Below, in pieces: positions 27,732-40,876 of a stretch of DNA of 64,000 nt. Source of the stretch: Chlorokybus atmophyticus. Lineage: Eukaryota > Plantae > Mesostigma and Chlorokybus algae. Below the pieces are notes generated by a model. That model ran no database searches, was not told the DNA's origin, and was given only the letters and a program-made list of their open reading frames with translations. A program made the position numbers and the translations under genes. Every line of letters begins with the position of its first letter. The first letter of the stretch is position 1. The DNA lies in the NCBI GenBank assembly GCA_009103225.1, contig RHPI01002504.1, forward strand, positions 62,001 to 126,000, in the 5' to 3' direction.

Positions 27732-28979
27732 CCAATGACGCACGTGCACACACAAAATACGATCAATCACGCTCAAATTTCATCACGTGCAGACAAGTGC
27801 ATATTGTAAGTATACTACCACATACAATGTACAGTGATTGAGTTGCGTTGTGTCACTCGGCATACTCAGCATATGCACACCACGGGCACCCCGCGGGTGT
27901 TCACTACTGTGCCTCCAGGGCCAGGCCAGCATTTACCCAGTGGCCCCCACGAGTCGCCGCCAATTCCCCTCTCCATGGTAGTCAGTCTGCACATGTGTAC
28001 AAATGCGCGTGTGGTGGAAACACAATGCCACGATGCTGCATGAAGCCCTGTACACTGTGCTGTACATTGGCATGAAATGCTATGCTGCCGTGCACACATC
28101 GCGCATGGCATGTGCGTGTGTTATACTTCGCCATATGTACGCGATTAGGTGTGCTTCATATCGGCAAACACCGCAGCATATGCCCGCGCATAATACTTAG
28201 AGTCCATCAAGTTCGCTCGTGACTGCTGGAATGGAATGCAGCTCTGTTGCCAAGGCATTCAACCAGAAACCATGATATGTGCCCAGCCCTACGTTGGCCA
28301 ACTCCTGCTCACCGCATGCTTGCAGCTGGCACAGCAAGCCACTCTGACCGGCCCCATGCCAGCTGGCACCGTGCCAGCAGTGGCCACTGGCCACTGCTGC
28401 CCCATTGCTGAGTAGTGGTAAGGCAGAAAACAGAGTGAGGCAATGCAATGCGTTTGGAGGGGGCTGCACACCAAGCAACACAGCGGAAAAGCGCTGCAAC
28501 TGCAAGCAAGCAAAGACGCATGCACGTATACCTCAGCACAGGCTTGCACATTTGTGAGCACCGACAACTGTAAACTCAGGAAGGCAGAAACGGAAACGTG
28601 AGGTGGGCACCAGTAGCATGCGGGTGCTATGTGCATGGTTCAACTGACTCTCAGACTGTGAGCGATGACGCGCGCATTGAGCAGCTTGACAAGAGCGTGC
28701 GGTAACTGTAAATGCACGGCAAGCATGGCTGGCACACATGGACACTGGCAGACAGGTGAGCAGCTCTGGCATCATGGCAAGAGTGAGTCAATTGTAGGAT
28801 TTTCATTCTTCCAATGCTGAGAGGACAGCTCCTGGGTAGGCGGCAGTGCAATTGGCTTCTCAGTGCAACCGCCGCCGTCCTGCCCTCCGCGCCACCTAGT
28901 CCTGGTCTACCAGGCCAGCAGGCCAAGAGCTGCTCAGCAAGCCCTTTGGCCTGGCTTGTGCGCGTGGGCACAAGCCGCA

Positions 28980-30210
28980 CAAGAAGAAGCACTTTACCTT
29001 CAACGCGAGCCGCAGTGGCGTTGTTTTTGGCGCTACATGTGCTATGGATGGATGAAGCGCAGCACCCCCTAGCACTCCTCCTCCGCCTCGTGGTTGTTGT
29101 GCTTGCACGTGCGGGTGCCTTGGACCGCCGAAGGAAAGGAAAAGGAACTCGCCTGCTTTCGGCCTGCTGGCCTGGTAGGTGGGGAATTATAGCTGCTTGC
29201 GTCGTCTTCTGGTTGGGGCTCAGAGCAGCAGCGCGTGCGAGAGACAGAGTGTGTATGAGAACAAAGCTGCAGCACAAGTGTTTGAGGCATGTATGCAGGA
29301 AGCTGCCGCAGCTTCCAGCATGCATGCCTCAAAGAGGGCGGCCCTCTTGGAGAAGGTCCTGGACTCGTGATGGGAGGGCAACATCGACTGCTTCAGCAAC
29401 GGCATCTCCTTGCAGCTAGGTTGAGATGGAAGGGCAAGCTTGTTGTTGTCCTGTTGCTACTTGTGTAAATGGTGTCATGGTGCGATAGCAGCAGGCCAGC
29501 GCCGCATTCATGTCTGCAAAAGCTTTTGGTTGCACCCAATGCCTGTTTGGTATGTCTGTGGTATGTGGTGTTTGCTTTGTTAGGTCTGTCTGCTTTTCCA
29601 CTCTTGCTGAGAACCCTCTTTGGTAAAAGCTTGCCAGGTGGCCCGCTCACCAAGCAGCTGCTTGCAATGACACGCAGGCGATGGACAAGATTAATTGCTC
29701 TTGGTGGTTGTGTCGCTGAAGGCAGACGATTATGATCACTTCTGGTGTGACGCGCTGTGGCTGGGCACTTTGGTTATCTGGGCAAACTGCTGCGCCGCCC
29801 ACAAAACACTGACGTCATAACCCTTGAGATGAGTCCAGCAGTATGGTCTGCCAGCGCCATCTAGAGCTAGATGTTTGCCTCCTACACAGCAACAGCAGAT
29901 CAATGATCAAAGCTTAGCAAATGCATTGGTGCTTGTGCTTAACTCTAGGGTTTATGGCTCTGTTCGCTGTTGTCACACACAGGCCGAGGATAGAAGACAC
30001 GTACACGCTTTTGATTGAATTGCAGCTAAGGATGACGACAAGCTTGCAGACAGATGAGCTCAAAGCGATGTGCGTAGACTCAGTCCTACACCTGGGCATC
30101 CTTTGACATGAGCGCACGCGGCACTGTGGCGTGGCGCTCTGAGCTGAGGAGAGAGACAACCCCGTCACGTATTTGGTGGAGGTGGACGTGTTGCCAAGTC
30201 GTTGGCGCAA
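28980..30210 (+). pseudogene. Degenerate coding remnant of unknown family
   Basis: Protein-like stretches broken by single stops: SVYENKAAAQVFEACMQ...LLEKVLDS*WEGNIDCFSNG; GHFGYLGKLLRRPQNTDVITLEMSPAVW; TYTLLIELQLRMTT...HLGIL*HERTRHCGVAL*AEERDNPVTYLVEVDV. Confidence 0.3.
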
Positions 30211-30948
30211 TGGCAAGTGAGTTAATTGATGTTACCCACTGCACAACACAGGGACGAACGACGAACATACCTACTAGTGCTGTAGTACATGCAACTGTAT
30301 ACGGTATATAGTACACTGCTACTGCTACACGTATGCAAACGCCAACGCAACAAACGCAAAGTCGATTGGTGCAGCGATGAGACCGTCGCTGAACAATCTT
30401 AAGTGCTGCGAAGTCTCTGCATGAAAGGAGAACTGCCCCAGACCAGCCCTCTGCTAGCAAAGGTATGCATGCGTCGCATGCGTGCGTGCACTTGTGAGGG
30501 CATCTGTGGGCATATGCAAGCAAAGGTATGCAAGCGTCCGTGTGCGCACATGTGCAAGTTAACCTTCAACCAACCACTTGCTACTGTGTACAGATTGCAG
30601 CGTCCAATACACAGCACATGGACGGTCACTGTCCAGACCGTCACAGTCAGCTTGCACATGCTGTCATACACTACGTTGCATACGTATCCTGTACACACAC
30701 ACGCATGCAGGCATGTGCACACTCTGAGGGACCGATGTACCGATAGCATACGAGAGGCTCATAAATGGGGCTGGCTATATCAAGTGTAGGCAGTGCGCTA
30801 ACTACCTGTCCTGATGCACGACCAAGACTGCAGGTACAACTGCAATACCACTATTCAAGTGGCTTTCAATAGGGAGTTGCGATATGCGGATAGGGTGACC
30901 AACTTGGAGGAATACCACCATGTCACACCCGGTGAGCCTACTAGTAGC

Positions 30949-33900
30949 CTAGTCTGAGACTGGAGGAGGAGGAGAGCCAGCCTCATCCTCCTGAGGGGGA
31001 GGGGAGTCTGAAGGGAGTGGTGGGGGAGGAGAACTAGCCTCAATCTCCAGAGGGGGAGGGGAGTTCGAAGGGGGTGGTGAGGGAAGTGGGCAGGACTTGC
31101 CGAGTTTGGTGTTGTAGTAGTAGCCTTGCACATCATATTGTTGCAGGGATGCAGGGTATTTTCCGCACAGGTTGGCATTGTTATGTAGGTAGCTGCACAT
31201 CATGCGCAACAACAAAGCGAGAGCGTGAGCGTGCAAGAACAAGCACGTTAGTGGCAGCACGTGACCAGGTGTTACAGCAATGTGCTTGCAATGTGTGTTG
31301 CAACTCACACTAATTGGAGGCGGTTCAGGTTGCTCAATGTGCTTGGCACTGGTCCGGAAAGCTGATTGTCGTTGAGAAACCTGTCATCACGCATGCATGC
31401 ATGTCAGCCAATGCAACACAAAGTGTACGAGTCCACATGCAATGGTATGCTGTACACCACAGCATAGATACATGTACAACTTACAATAAGCGAAGTTTGA
31501 TCCAGTTGCCCATTGTGCTCGGCAATGGTCCAGTAAACTGGTTGATACCAAACCTCCTGTGCACGCATCATAGATAAGCACGTTGTACATGTTAGCCAAG
31601 TGTCGCAGAAGCATACGAGTTCACATGCAATGTGTTGCAGCTTATATGATATGCAACACATCATAGCCACAACTCACAGCTCCTCGAGGTTGATCATGTT
31701 GCCCATTGAGCTCGGCAACGGTCCGTAAAAATGATTTCCCTGAAGGTTCCTGTGCACAAGGAACCTTCAGGGAAATGTGCACGGAACCTTCAGGGAAATG
31801 TGCACGAATGTCTGCATGTCAGAGTCTATACATGGCGGAAGCATACGAATTACATGCAGTGCTTGGCTGCAACACATTACAGCAGCTGGCAGCCACAACT
31901 TACGCAGTGCGGAGGTTGACCAGGTTGCCAAATGTGCTTGGCAACATTCCGTGCAACCCAAGGTCCTGCAAATACCTGCACGCATGTATGCACGTCAGCG
32001 ACTACCTTAAACGCAAGTGTGCCAGACCACATGCATGGCATGCCGCAGCCACTTGTAAACAGCATGCATCAACTGATCATCAGTCACAATCAAGGCAGTT
32101 CAGAAACTGAAAACAGCACACATGTTTCCACAACCCGCTTACACTTGAGTGATTCCCATTCCGTCCTGGCAAGTGATGCCAGGCAAGGTGCAGATGTTGT
32201 AGTCGGGAGATGCGCCTAGGTCAGTCCAGTTGGGGATACCGTCCACCTTGTTGCCGTTCCCATCAGTCCAAGATACGGCCGCCTGCAGGTCCTTGAGCGC
32301 CGTGAATGCCACTGGGACGACACAGAGCAGAGTGAGTGCGGCTGTTGTTGCACGCAATTGCAAGCTGCCACACTGTGGCACACTATGCAACTATTGAGGT
32401 GCGTGTACATATGTAGTAGCGTGGCGAACAACTACAACTTACAGTCCCCGGGGGACGTGGGGGAAGGTGGTGGGGCGGGGAGCGGGCAGGGGCTGCCGTT
32501 GCCGAGGCTGGTGCTGTAGTAGTAGCCTACCACATCCGGTAGTTGTAGGAATGCAGGGAAACTCCCGCACAGGTTGATGTTGTTATGTAGGTAGCTGCAC
32601 AGCACGCACGCAAACACCAGGGGAGAGCGTAAGCGTGCAAGAACAGGCACTTTGGTGGCGCGTGACCAGGTGCCTCAGGGTTACAGCATTGCTTGCAAAG
32701 TGTGTTGCGGCAACTCACACAGTTTGGACGAGGACCAAGTTGCTCAGTGAGCTCGGCAATGGTCCGGAAAGCCGGTTGTCGTTCAGAAACCTGTGCACGC
32801 ATGCATGCTTGTCAGCCCACGCATCACGAAACGTACAAGTCCGCATGCAAAGGTATGCTGCACCACAGCATAGAAGATGTACAACTCACAATAAGCGAAG
32901 TTTGCGCCAGGCGCCCATTGTGCTCGGCAACGGTCCAGTAAACTGATTGATACCAAATCTCCTGTGCACGCGTCGCACATAAGTGTAATGTACATGTTAG
33001 CCAAGACATGTCCCAGAAGCATACAAGTCCATGCAATGTTTTGCAGCATATGATATGCTGCAATGCATCATAGCCACAACTCACAGCTCCTCGAGGTTGA
33101 TCATGTTGCCCATTGTGCTCGGCAACGGCCCGTAAAAATGATTATTCTGAAGGTTCCTGTGCACGAATGTTTGCATGTTAGCGTCTATGCATGGCGGAAG
33201 CATAAAAGTGCACATGCAACGGTATGCTGCGACACGTGACAGCCGCGAGATGGACACAACTACTTACGCAGAGCGGAGGTAGACCAGCTTGCCAATTGTG
33301 CTTGGCAAAATTCCGGACAACCCAACGTCCTGCAGGTTCCTGTACGCATGTATGCACGTCAGCCACCACCATCAATGCAAGCTCTGGAGGACCACATGCA
33401 TGGCATGTCGCAACATAGCATCACAAAGTCACAAAGCAGTCCAAACAACCAAGGCGTGGCAGTTCAGAAAACAAGACCACACATATTGAACCCGCTCACA
33501 ATTCAGTGACGGATCCGTCCACGCAAGTGATGCCAGGCAGGGTGCAAACGTCGTAGCGGGGAGACATGGCTAGGTTAGGCCAGCTAGGGATTCCGGCCAC
33601 CTTGTGGCCGTTCGAATCAGTATAAGATACAGCCGCCTGCAGGTCCTTGAGCGCCGTGACTGCTTGCCACGGATGCGACAGAGAGCGTGAGTGCGACTGC
33701 ATGCCATATGGAACACATGTACATGTAGCAGAGTGGCGAATTACAACTTACACTGTGGAGATTCCTTGGCGGTTGCAGCAGACGCCCCACGGTCTGCACG
33801 CAGATAAACATGCAAGTCAGCGCTACAAGTGAAAGCGTAAGCACAGACACTTGCAGCAGAAGCAGGCAAAGGGAGACAAGCAAGCAGTTGCACTCAGTTT

Positions 33901-34028
33901 TCGGCCGGAGAGCCACCCGCAGGCGCTCAGCAGCAGCAGGCTTCGCTGTTACCTGAGCTGAGCAGCAACAGCAATGGCAGAAGCAGTGGTAGCCAGCCTG
34001 CCGGCGCCAACGTTGACATCAAGTTCAT
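30949..34028 (-). CDS. Secreted plant-type LRR protein with internal tandem duplication and Ser/Pro-rich tail, 13 exons
   Basis: Signal-peptide exon MNLMSTLAPAGWLPLLLPLLLLLSS (34028-33953). Then two copies of [LRRNT-like exon ALKDLQAAVS...C.LPGITC; four ~72-nt LRR exons such as NLQNNHFYGPLPSTMGNMINLEEL; cap exon YLHNN.NLCG...CPLP]. Ends in an SPPP-rich tail. Confidence 0.85.
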
Positions 34029-37000
34029 CTTGGGCTTTGGGGATGCTGACCAGCTGCAGCAGCAAGAAAGAGAGAATAATCGGAGAGAGAGCGACGGACA
34101 CACTGAGAGTTGAGGCCGCTGTGAAGGCTGTGGCCAACACTGTGGGCGCTTCTGTTCATATAGGCCTACTACTACTGCGGTTGGGGCCGCGTCAGCAGCG
34201 GGCGGCCCATCTCGGTATGCAGCAATAGGTCGGACAGTGGTACGTCAGGCCTATTGTCGGCAGACCTGTTGCGCATGCGCAGTCGCGCTGCAGTGGCTCT
34301 GGCTGGAGGACATGACGGCGCGTTCACAGCTGATGCACGTGCGAGCGAAGCGGCATGGCGAGCGCGGTCCTTGGTAGCAGCGTCGTTATGTAGCGCCGCC
34401 AAGGTGCATATGCTCTTCTCCTGAGCATGCTGCTCCTGAGCACGCCACAGCGGAGCCTGCGCATAGAAAGTGCTGAAGCGCCCGGAACATGTCCATGCAG
34501 CATGCATCAGACGCATTGCAGCTGTCATTTCTTGATATTACTGCTGTGGTATCGCATCTGTATCGGTATGCAAGTATATATTATAGGCCTTCCAATTATG
34601 TTTATAGGCAGGACATAGGCTGTTGCTGGTGGAGCCGCGGGCTCCCGACCTGCCTTGTATGCAGCTTGTCAGCAGACCTATCGTGCACCCGCGCGTGCAT
34701 TTGCGCGCCGCACGCGCGCCTACCTGCGGTCACATTGCAGCGGCGTTCTGACGGATAGGACATGCAACCCCGGCATGCAGCGATCGCTTCATGTGCGTAC
34801 CCTATCAGCCAGAGTCTCACACAAGTGTTGTGTGGCAAAGCACTATCACCAATGCATAGCAACTCATGCAAATTGAGAGGTTTGCATGATGTGCTTGAAG
34901 GGATACCTCGTATATATATTGCTTCAGAAGCATTTCTTTTGTCGTGTAGTGCATCACCATTGTTGATAGTTGATTTTTTCATGCAAACATTTAAGATGTA
35001 TTTACAAAACAAAAGAGTTCAGCACACAAGGCTAGATACAGTAATACACAGTTGAGGTGATCTAGACATCAATCATGCTGTCTAATGAGTGGTAGCTACT
35101 ACAACTGAGGGTTAGGTGGTAAGTAGCGGGATTTGAAAAGGAGAGAACAAATCCTGAGAGGGTGACTTCGCGAGATCCAACAATGCAGACGGGAGAGGCA
35201 GGCAGTTTGCATAAAAAGAAACATACAAGGAGATGCGGGGGAAAGGGGGAGGCCATGTGGTTAGACTCTGCATGTGGTTGGGCCTTCGAGGCCTCGGAGG
35301 CCAAACCACATGGAGAGTTGAGATGATAGCGGACAGACACAAGAAAGCAACGGGCGAAGACATCAACATAAAAGTGTGGACTGAGAGGTGGAGGTGTCAT
35401 TCTATGCCCAAGACAGTTCCTCATGAATAGTCATTAAGAGAAATGTCGTCGTCTGTGCTAAGTGACCATGGTAGAGGGTGGAGGGGAGAGTGGAAGAGTG
35501 CCGGCTGCCCTCTCAACCATTTGCATGATGTCGATTGCTGACTGAATGAGCAAGGTCTGAGGTCCACTCTTTACTCCTAATAGTAGGTCGCTACGCCATT
35601 ATGAAATGTCACTGAGAGAGGTCTGAGGGTTTGACTGCCATAAGTTGTGCCTCATGCTCGCTGTCATCCAACCTTAGCCGGGCCGTCACCATCACTAATC
35701 TCCATGTGTAAATGAGCTCTGAAGGAGTGGACCAATTTCATGCGAAAGTCTAATCGAAGTGCACGCACAACCAGCTGACGTCCCGTACGTACGTGTGTCT
35801 AGAGCAATGATCGGTGCTCCTATATGGGTGACAGTCGGCCATTAGAGGAGTAGAGAAGAACACCTTGCCAGGCCTACCCAACAAGTGTCCTCTCTCTCGT
35901 GCCATACTGCTGAGGCGAGGAGAGGAACCAACAGGGGAGGGGGCGGCAGTCGGTGAACTTCATTATGGATAGGAGAGAGCGAGGAGGGCTGTCGTCTTCT
36001 CTGTGCTGGTTGACAGTTGTTGCTTGCTTGTCGTTTGTGTTGTTGACGTCAGCTTGGGGAGAGTGCAAGCCTGTGGGCTGAAGGTCTTGAAGACTGCATT
36101 GGGGAGGTGCAGATGGAGCCAAGAGGAGGAGACGGTGGTTGTATCGTCGTCCACGACCTGGGGTGAAGGGAGAGGAGACTAGCAACTGTGGTTTGCCATC
36201 CATTGCTTTGCCGCGTTCGCAAGCTGCAATGTAATATGATCATGAGCGGACTTGGTCATCTCAGAAGAACAAATGACCTCCCTGTCGTCCAGTCTCACCC
36301 ATCTTTATTTGCGGGNCTCTTACTTGGTCCGCACTGCGCCTTAGGTAATCTAGAGATAAACATTCCCCGTAATTTAACAATCACCTCCCTACCCGCTGCG
36401 GCTACCTGGTCTGCAGTGCAGTGCAATGCAGTAACCGTGCTGTCAGTGCAGCCCAGTAACCGTGCTGTCAGTGCAGCCCAGTGCAGTGCTGTGCTGTCTT
36501 GCTGCACTGCAGTGCAGTAGTGGCGTTTTGTAAAAAAAAGATTAAAATTTGTAAGACTATCGTATAGTAGAGGGGAAATAGCTTAGAAGGGTAACTTGCT
36601 TGTCTTAACAAAAATAGGACAAGCAAGGGAGAGGACATGGTCGTATGTGCCGCTCCGCTAGGAATTGCTAACAGCAACACCAATTCCAACTTCTCCATCT
36701 CCATCTGTGCTTGCAGGTTGATGCCAGAAGCATTAAGAGATGACCGCAAGATTGTTCGTAAATATGTCATCATATACATCAACAACGATGGATACATACA
36801 TATACAACTTCAAGCAGTGGTGTTTGTTAGAGGAAACATTATTCAACAATGTACATTATATAACGAGTTGTGTTATAATATTGTAACAACCATCTTGGCC
36901 TTGGTACTAAAAGTCGCTGCCATGAGAGGAGGCGTCACGGTCCAATGATAATGATTATTATGCGCGCCGTAAATCCTCCCGGGTTTAACCCGCGGCTTCG

Positions 37001-37195
37001 TGTCTGCGTTTCGGTGTGTGAGCTAACGTACCGGTATCTTACCGTAGCCGCACGACTCAGCGCGCAGTTGCGCGGACGACCCGCGTGTTCGACCTCAATA
37101 GTTGATCACATAAAACACAATCGCCGTCGCCGCACGCAACAGGGTTTGAACTTGTGTCCCAAGCTCGCGATACCAATTTAAAATTCAACTCGACC

Positions 37196-37218
37196 ATATA
37201 TATATATATATATATATA

Positions 37219-37288
<70 letters not shown>
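37196..37288. repeat. Compound (TA)n(TG)n microsatellite
   Basis: Direct reading. Confidence 0.9.
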
Positions 37289-37289
<1 letters not shown>

Positions 37290-38405
37290 TTATAATACGC
37301 GTGTTATTTATGTATTTACTTTAAAAAAAAGTTACTGTAATCCTTTTGCGGCTGTTAAAAGTTTGTGTGCCGCCACACAATGTAACGGCTTTCAAAGCTG
37401 GCAACACTGTTCTCTCCGATAGTGAGCCTATGAAGCACACACCGCCTCTGCCACCTCCGTCTCCACCGCCCCTCCCGGCTCTGTTCCCGTCTTCAACCAC
37501 ATGCACAAAGGCCAACCAGGCATGCGCACCAAACATGTGGGACTTGCCAGGCTTCCGCTGCCGCTGCCGCTGCCTCGCCGACATGTAATTATACGCACTT
37601 GCCTGCAATCGACAAGCTGAGTGATTAGCTGTCGTGTCGATGCCGTGAGCCGTAAATAAACCGCGTTTGATTGGCTCTGCGCGCACACACGCACACGTGC
37701 ACATAGGTCCCAAAGCTTGGTGACACCAAGTTCACGAACGCCTTCACTTCTTGTGCCCCGGCTGATTGCCGCTTCGTAGCTGCACGCTACGGTAGTGCAA
37801 GCGCTCGTCAACACACGCACGACAATCGGTATGCGGTGCTGGCGAGGGAGGCCACCGCAGCACTGCTCAGCTTCCTCACCCGCCTTCTCCATTGATGTGA
37901 AATCAATCTGCCGCAGAGCACTACTCACGTCCTCCCAAGGTATACCAATAAACACTTTTGTGATAGTGCCTTTCTCTTTTCAAAGAGGCGCGCACGCGTG
38001 CGCAATGTATGTTGGATTGCTCGCGTTGCTACCATGTGGGCACAGTGTCCTCCGCCATTGTCACCTTCCATTAGCAGTCCTGGCGCAGCTACTCATGCCC
38101 TCTTGCCGCTTGCACGGTGAGTGCTCAGCGCCACGCGCACTGTGGTTGTTGAGCACGTGACCGATATACGACGCACATGCACTCATGATATCATCAACAC
38201 AACCGTTGTATGATTTTGTTTGTAACTTTTATTAGGGGGAAGTGCCCCTCCTCCCTCCAATCCCCTACCCCAACACCACCACCAGCCACGCCGACGCCAC
38301 CGCCGACGCCGCGGCCGCGGCAGCTGCCGGAGCAAAATATGCTCTCGCTATGGCAGTGGCTGCGTTGATAGCGCCACCATGCGGCCGATATGGACATGAG
38401 TCTCA

Positions 38406-38568
38406 TGTCGCATGTCCATATCGGTGTTTCTTATCGTAACACTACATTAGGCCATTAAACCAGCTTAATAGCCCTAATATGGCTTAACTGGCCGTATAAT
38501 CTCGCTGGGACCCTTATGTATTTTTAAATGCAGGCGGGGAACCTCTATGAAGGTAGCACTCCGTTACA
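38406..38568 (-). mobile_element. 3' LTR of chromovirus-type Ty3/Gypsy element, preceded by a polypurine tract (38569-38577)
   Basis: Minus strand GGGGGGGAA|TGTAAC...GACA; clearly homologous to 56840-57004. Confidence 0.8.
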
Positions 38569-40384
38569 TTCCCCCCCACTTGGGTTTCAATGTCCTCATT
38601 GAAGGGTTTGCAAAGCCCCACCGTAAGTAAAGAAACAAAGTGGAGAACCACGGCTGAAGCGGTAAAGATGTCTGCCGTCACCCTGTTACCATTCACGTGT
38701 GGACACAGTACTCCAGTATCGCCGAAGAATTTCCTGGTAGTTGGTAAGATTCCTTTCGGGCTTCCATGTATTGTGTTCAACACCATACCCTTTTCAATTC
38801 ACTAAGTAAGACGGCGCCCGTCCGCGTCGAGGCTTACAGCGACTCGGGATTACTTCCACCATACTCAAAAGTATCGTCGCTTTCCACTGCAACGGGGGGT
38901 AGAGGAGGTTGAACTTGACCGTTAGAACGGTACGGTTTCAGTACACTCACATGAAACACATTGTGAATGCGTATCGACTTTGGCAAGTCCAAACGATACG
39001 CGTGAGTGCCGACCCGATTATTCACATTAAAAGGGCCTATTTAGTGAGGGAAGAACTTGCGGGTACCCACTCCCTTGATGGATATGTTTTTGGTGCTTAT
39101 AAGCACCGAACAGCCCACATCATACTAGGCCTCTCTACATTGTGCATGAGCATGGGCTTTTTGTCTGTGTTGCGCTGCGCGCAGACAGTCTTTTGCCAAC
39201 GCTAACCTATCTTGCATGGCCGAAGCCATTTCGCGCGCTTGCAGGCACGCGCGTTACGTCAGTAGCGGGCAACTTGATGCTGGCAGGACTCAGTGGACGC
39301 ACTCCGCAATTTAAGAAAAACGGAGTTTCCTGCACATTCTCTTGCCAGGCATTGTTAATCGCTAACTCAGCCATTGGGAGATAGATATTCCAATCACGCT
39401 GGTTTGGATGCACATAATGCCGGAAGGTTTCCAATCACTTGATTGGCACGCTTCGTCTGACCATCCGTTTGCGCATAATTGGCTGTGCTCATGTTTTGCT
39501 GAATGTGCAGGCGCGGATTGCGATCAAATACAAAGTTGCGAGGCAAGCCATGCAACTTGCACACAGACGCGACAAAAACCATTGTCAACTTACGGGAGCC
39601 TATCTCCGTGCGACAAGGGACAATGTGAATGATTTTTTATTAAACGGTCCACAAAAATTGCAATCGCAGTGTGACCTAATGCTGTCTCTAGAAGCTTATT
39701 AATACGGTCCATACTCACACTTTCCCATTTGCCATCGGAAATAGGCAAAGGTCGCGGCAACCCAGTGGGTTTCTAAGGCAACGGCTTGTCACGCTGACAT
39801 CTATTGCACGTGTCAACATATTGCTTTACGTTAACAGGCAACAATGGCCACCAATACAAATGTTGCGCTGCCTTAGTAGTCTTGCGATTGCCAAAGTGCC
39901 TAGCGTACGGTGGATCGTGTACACTGTACATGGCATTAGCTATGCATTTCACGCGCAGCTCAGCATGGCTAGGTATTACCAAGCTAGCGCCCATATAATA
40001 CAAGTTGTCTTTTACGTCAAGCTTTTGTACATTCTTTTCCATTGAAAACCATGGGTTTAAGGCATACCCATGTAAAACAGCTTGCACAAACTCATCATTG
40101 GGGAGAAATGTACCTTGCGTCGCAAGCAATTGCGCACGCATAACTGCCAACAATGATGGACAGCAACTCAGAGGATCTGCCACATTGGTCCTACCAGGCC
40201 GGTATACCCATTCAAAAGCAAATCGTAACAGAAACTCATTCCAACGAGCTTGCCTACGTGACAAGTTTAGCTGTGTTGAGAAGTACACTAATGGGTTGTG
40301 ATCAGTCACCATTGTAAACTGAACTCCCTCTAAATAACATTGCCATGGTTTACGAGCATGCACGATACCAAGCAATTCTTTCTC
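38569..40384 (-). mobile_element. Chromovirus pol 3' half, degenerate: RNase H C-terminus, integrase (H2C2 + core), chromodomain
   Basis: [18 protein letters not shown]...TDHNPL...LSRRQARW; HFGNRKT...YWW...[12 protein letters not shown]; AQTDGQTKRANQ; AYRLDLP...HNVFHVSVLKPY; YLVN*KGYGVEHNTWKPERNL (~38715-38810). Confidence 0.9.
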
Positions 40385-40806
40385 GGGTCTCGAGGAGAGT
40401 CGAGGTTCACGTTGTCTCGTACAGCTGGAAGCAAAGACATGCTTTCTGGACACGCCACGTCATTGACAGTCGGACCATGCATGGTCCAAACCTCACGTGA
40501 ATGGTCCCATGTATTTTTGGGGTCGCACCATGTCTGGTCCGGCCGGTTTACGGTCGCGTCAGGACCAGGTACGAGCCAGCCAGCGGACCAGGGACTTAAT
40601 ATATCATGCAAGTGTACTTTAAATCATTACTGGTCTGGCCAGCGGACCATCGACCGCAATATTTATTCATAAGCATCAGATGTTATTGCAAATGACGGAA
40701 AAGTGCTCTATCTGGAGCCGACGGTACCGGCCAGGCCCGGCCTGCGGGGCCGCAGGTTGCAGCGCACGAGGCCGCGGCGTCTTAGAAATGATTGGTCAAG
40801 AACACA

Positions 40807-40876
40807 TGCGTCCACCGAGAATCGAGCCCAAGACCTTTGGAATACCACGACACCCTAACCACTAAGCTACATGTGC
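40807..40876 (-). pseudogene. tRNA-derived remnant (tRNA pseudogene or SINE head)
   Basis: GCACATGTAGCTTAGTGGTTAGGGTGTCGTGGTATTCCAAAGGTCTTGGGCTCGATTCTCGGTGGACGCA: A-box and degenerate B-box present, acceptor stem mispaired, anticodon arm shortened. Confidence 0.6.

Noticed and set aside
30949-33480. Regularly spaced repeats as a CRISPR-like array
   Set aside because: The repeats are LRR-coding exons with splice sites, and no cas genes are present.
35060-35800. Possible LINE fragment
   Set aside because: No RT or endonuclease motif could be read in any frame.
37120-37170. Second tRNA-like B-box (reverse strand), with a similar one near 58570
   Set aside because: No matching A-box or stems were found.
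36468-38160. Protein-like minus-strand stretches (LELVLLLAIPSG; VFIGIPWEDVSSALRQIDF)
   Set aside because: They are short, interrupted and have no recognisable family; insufficient for a call.
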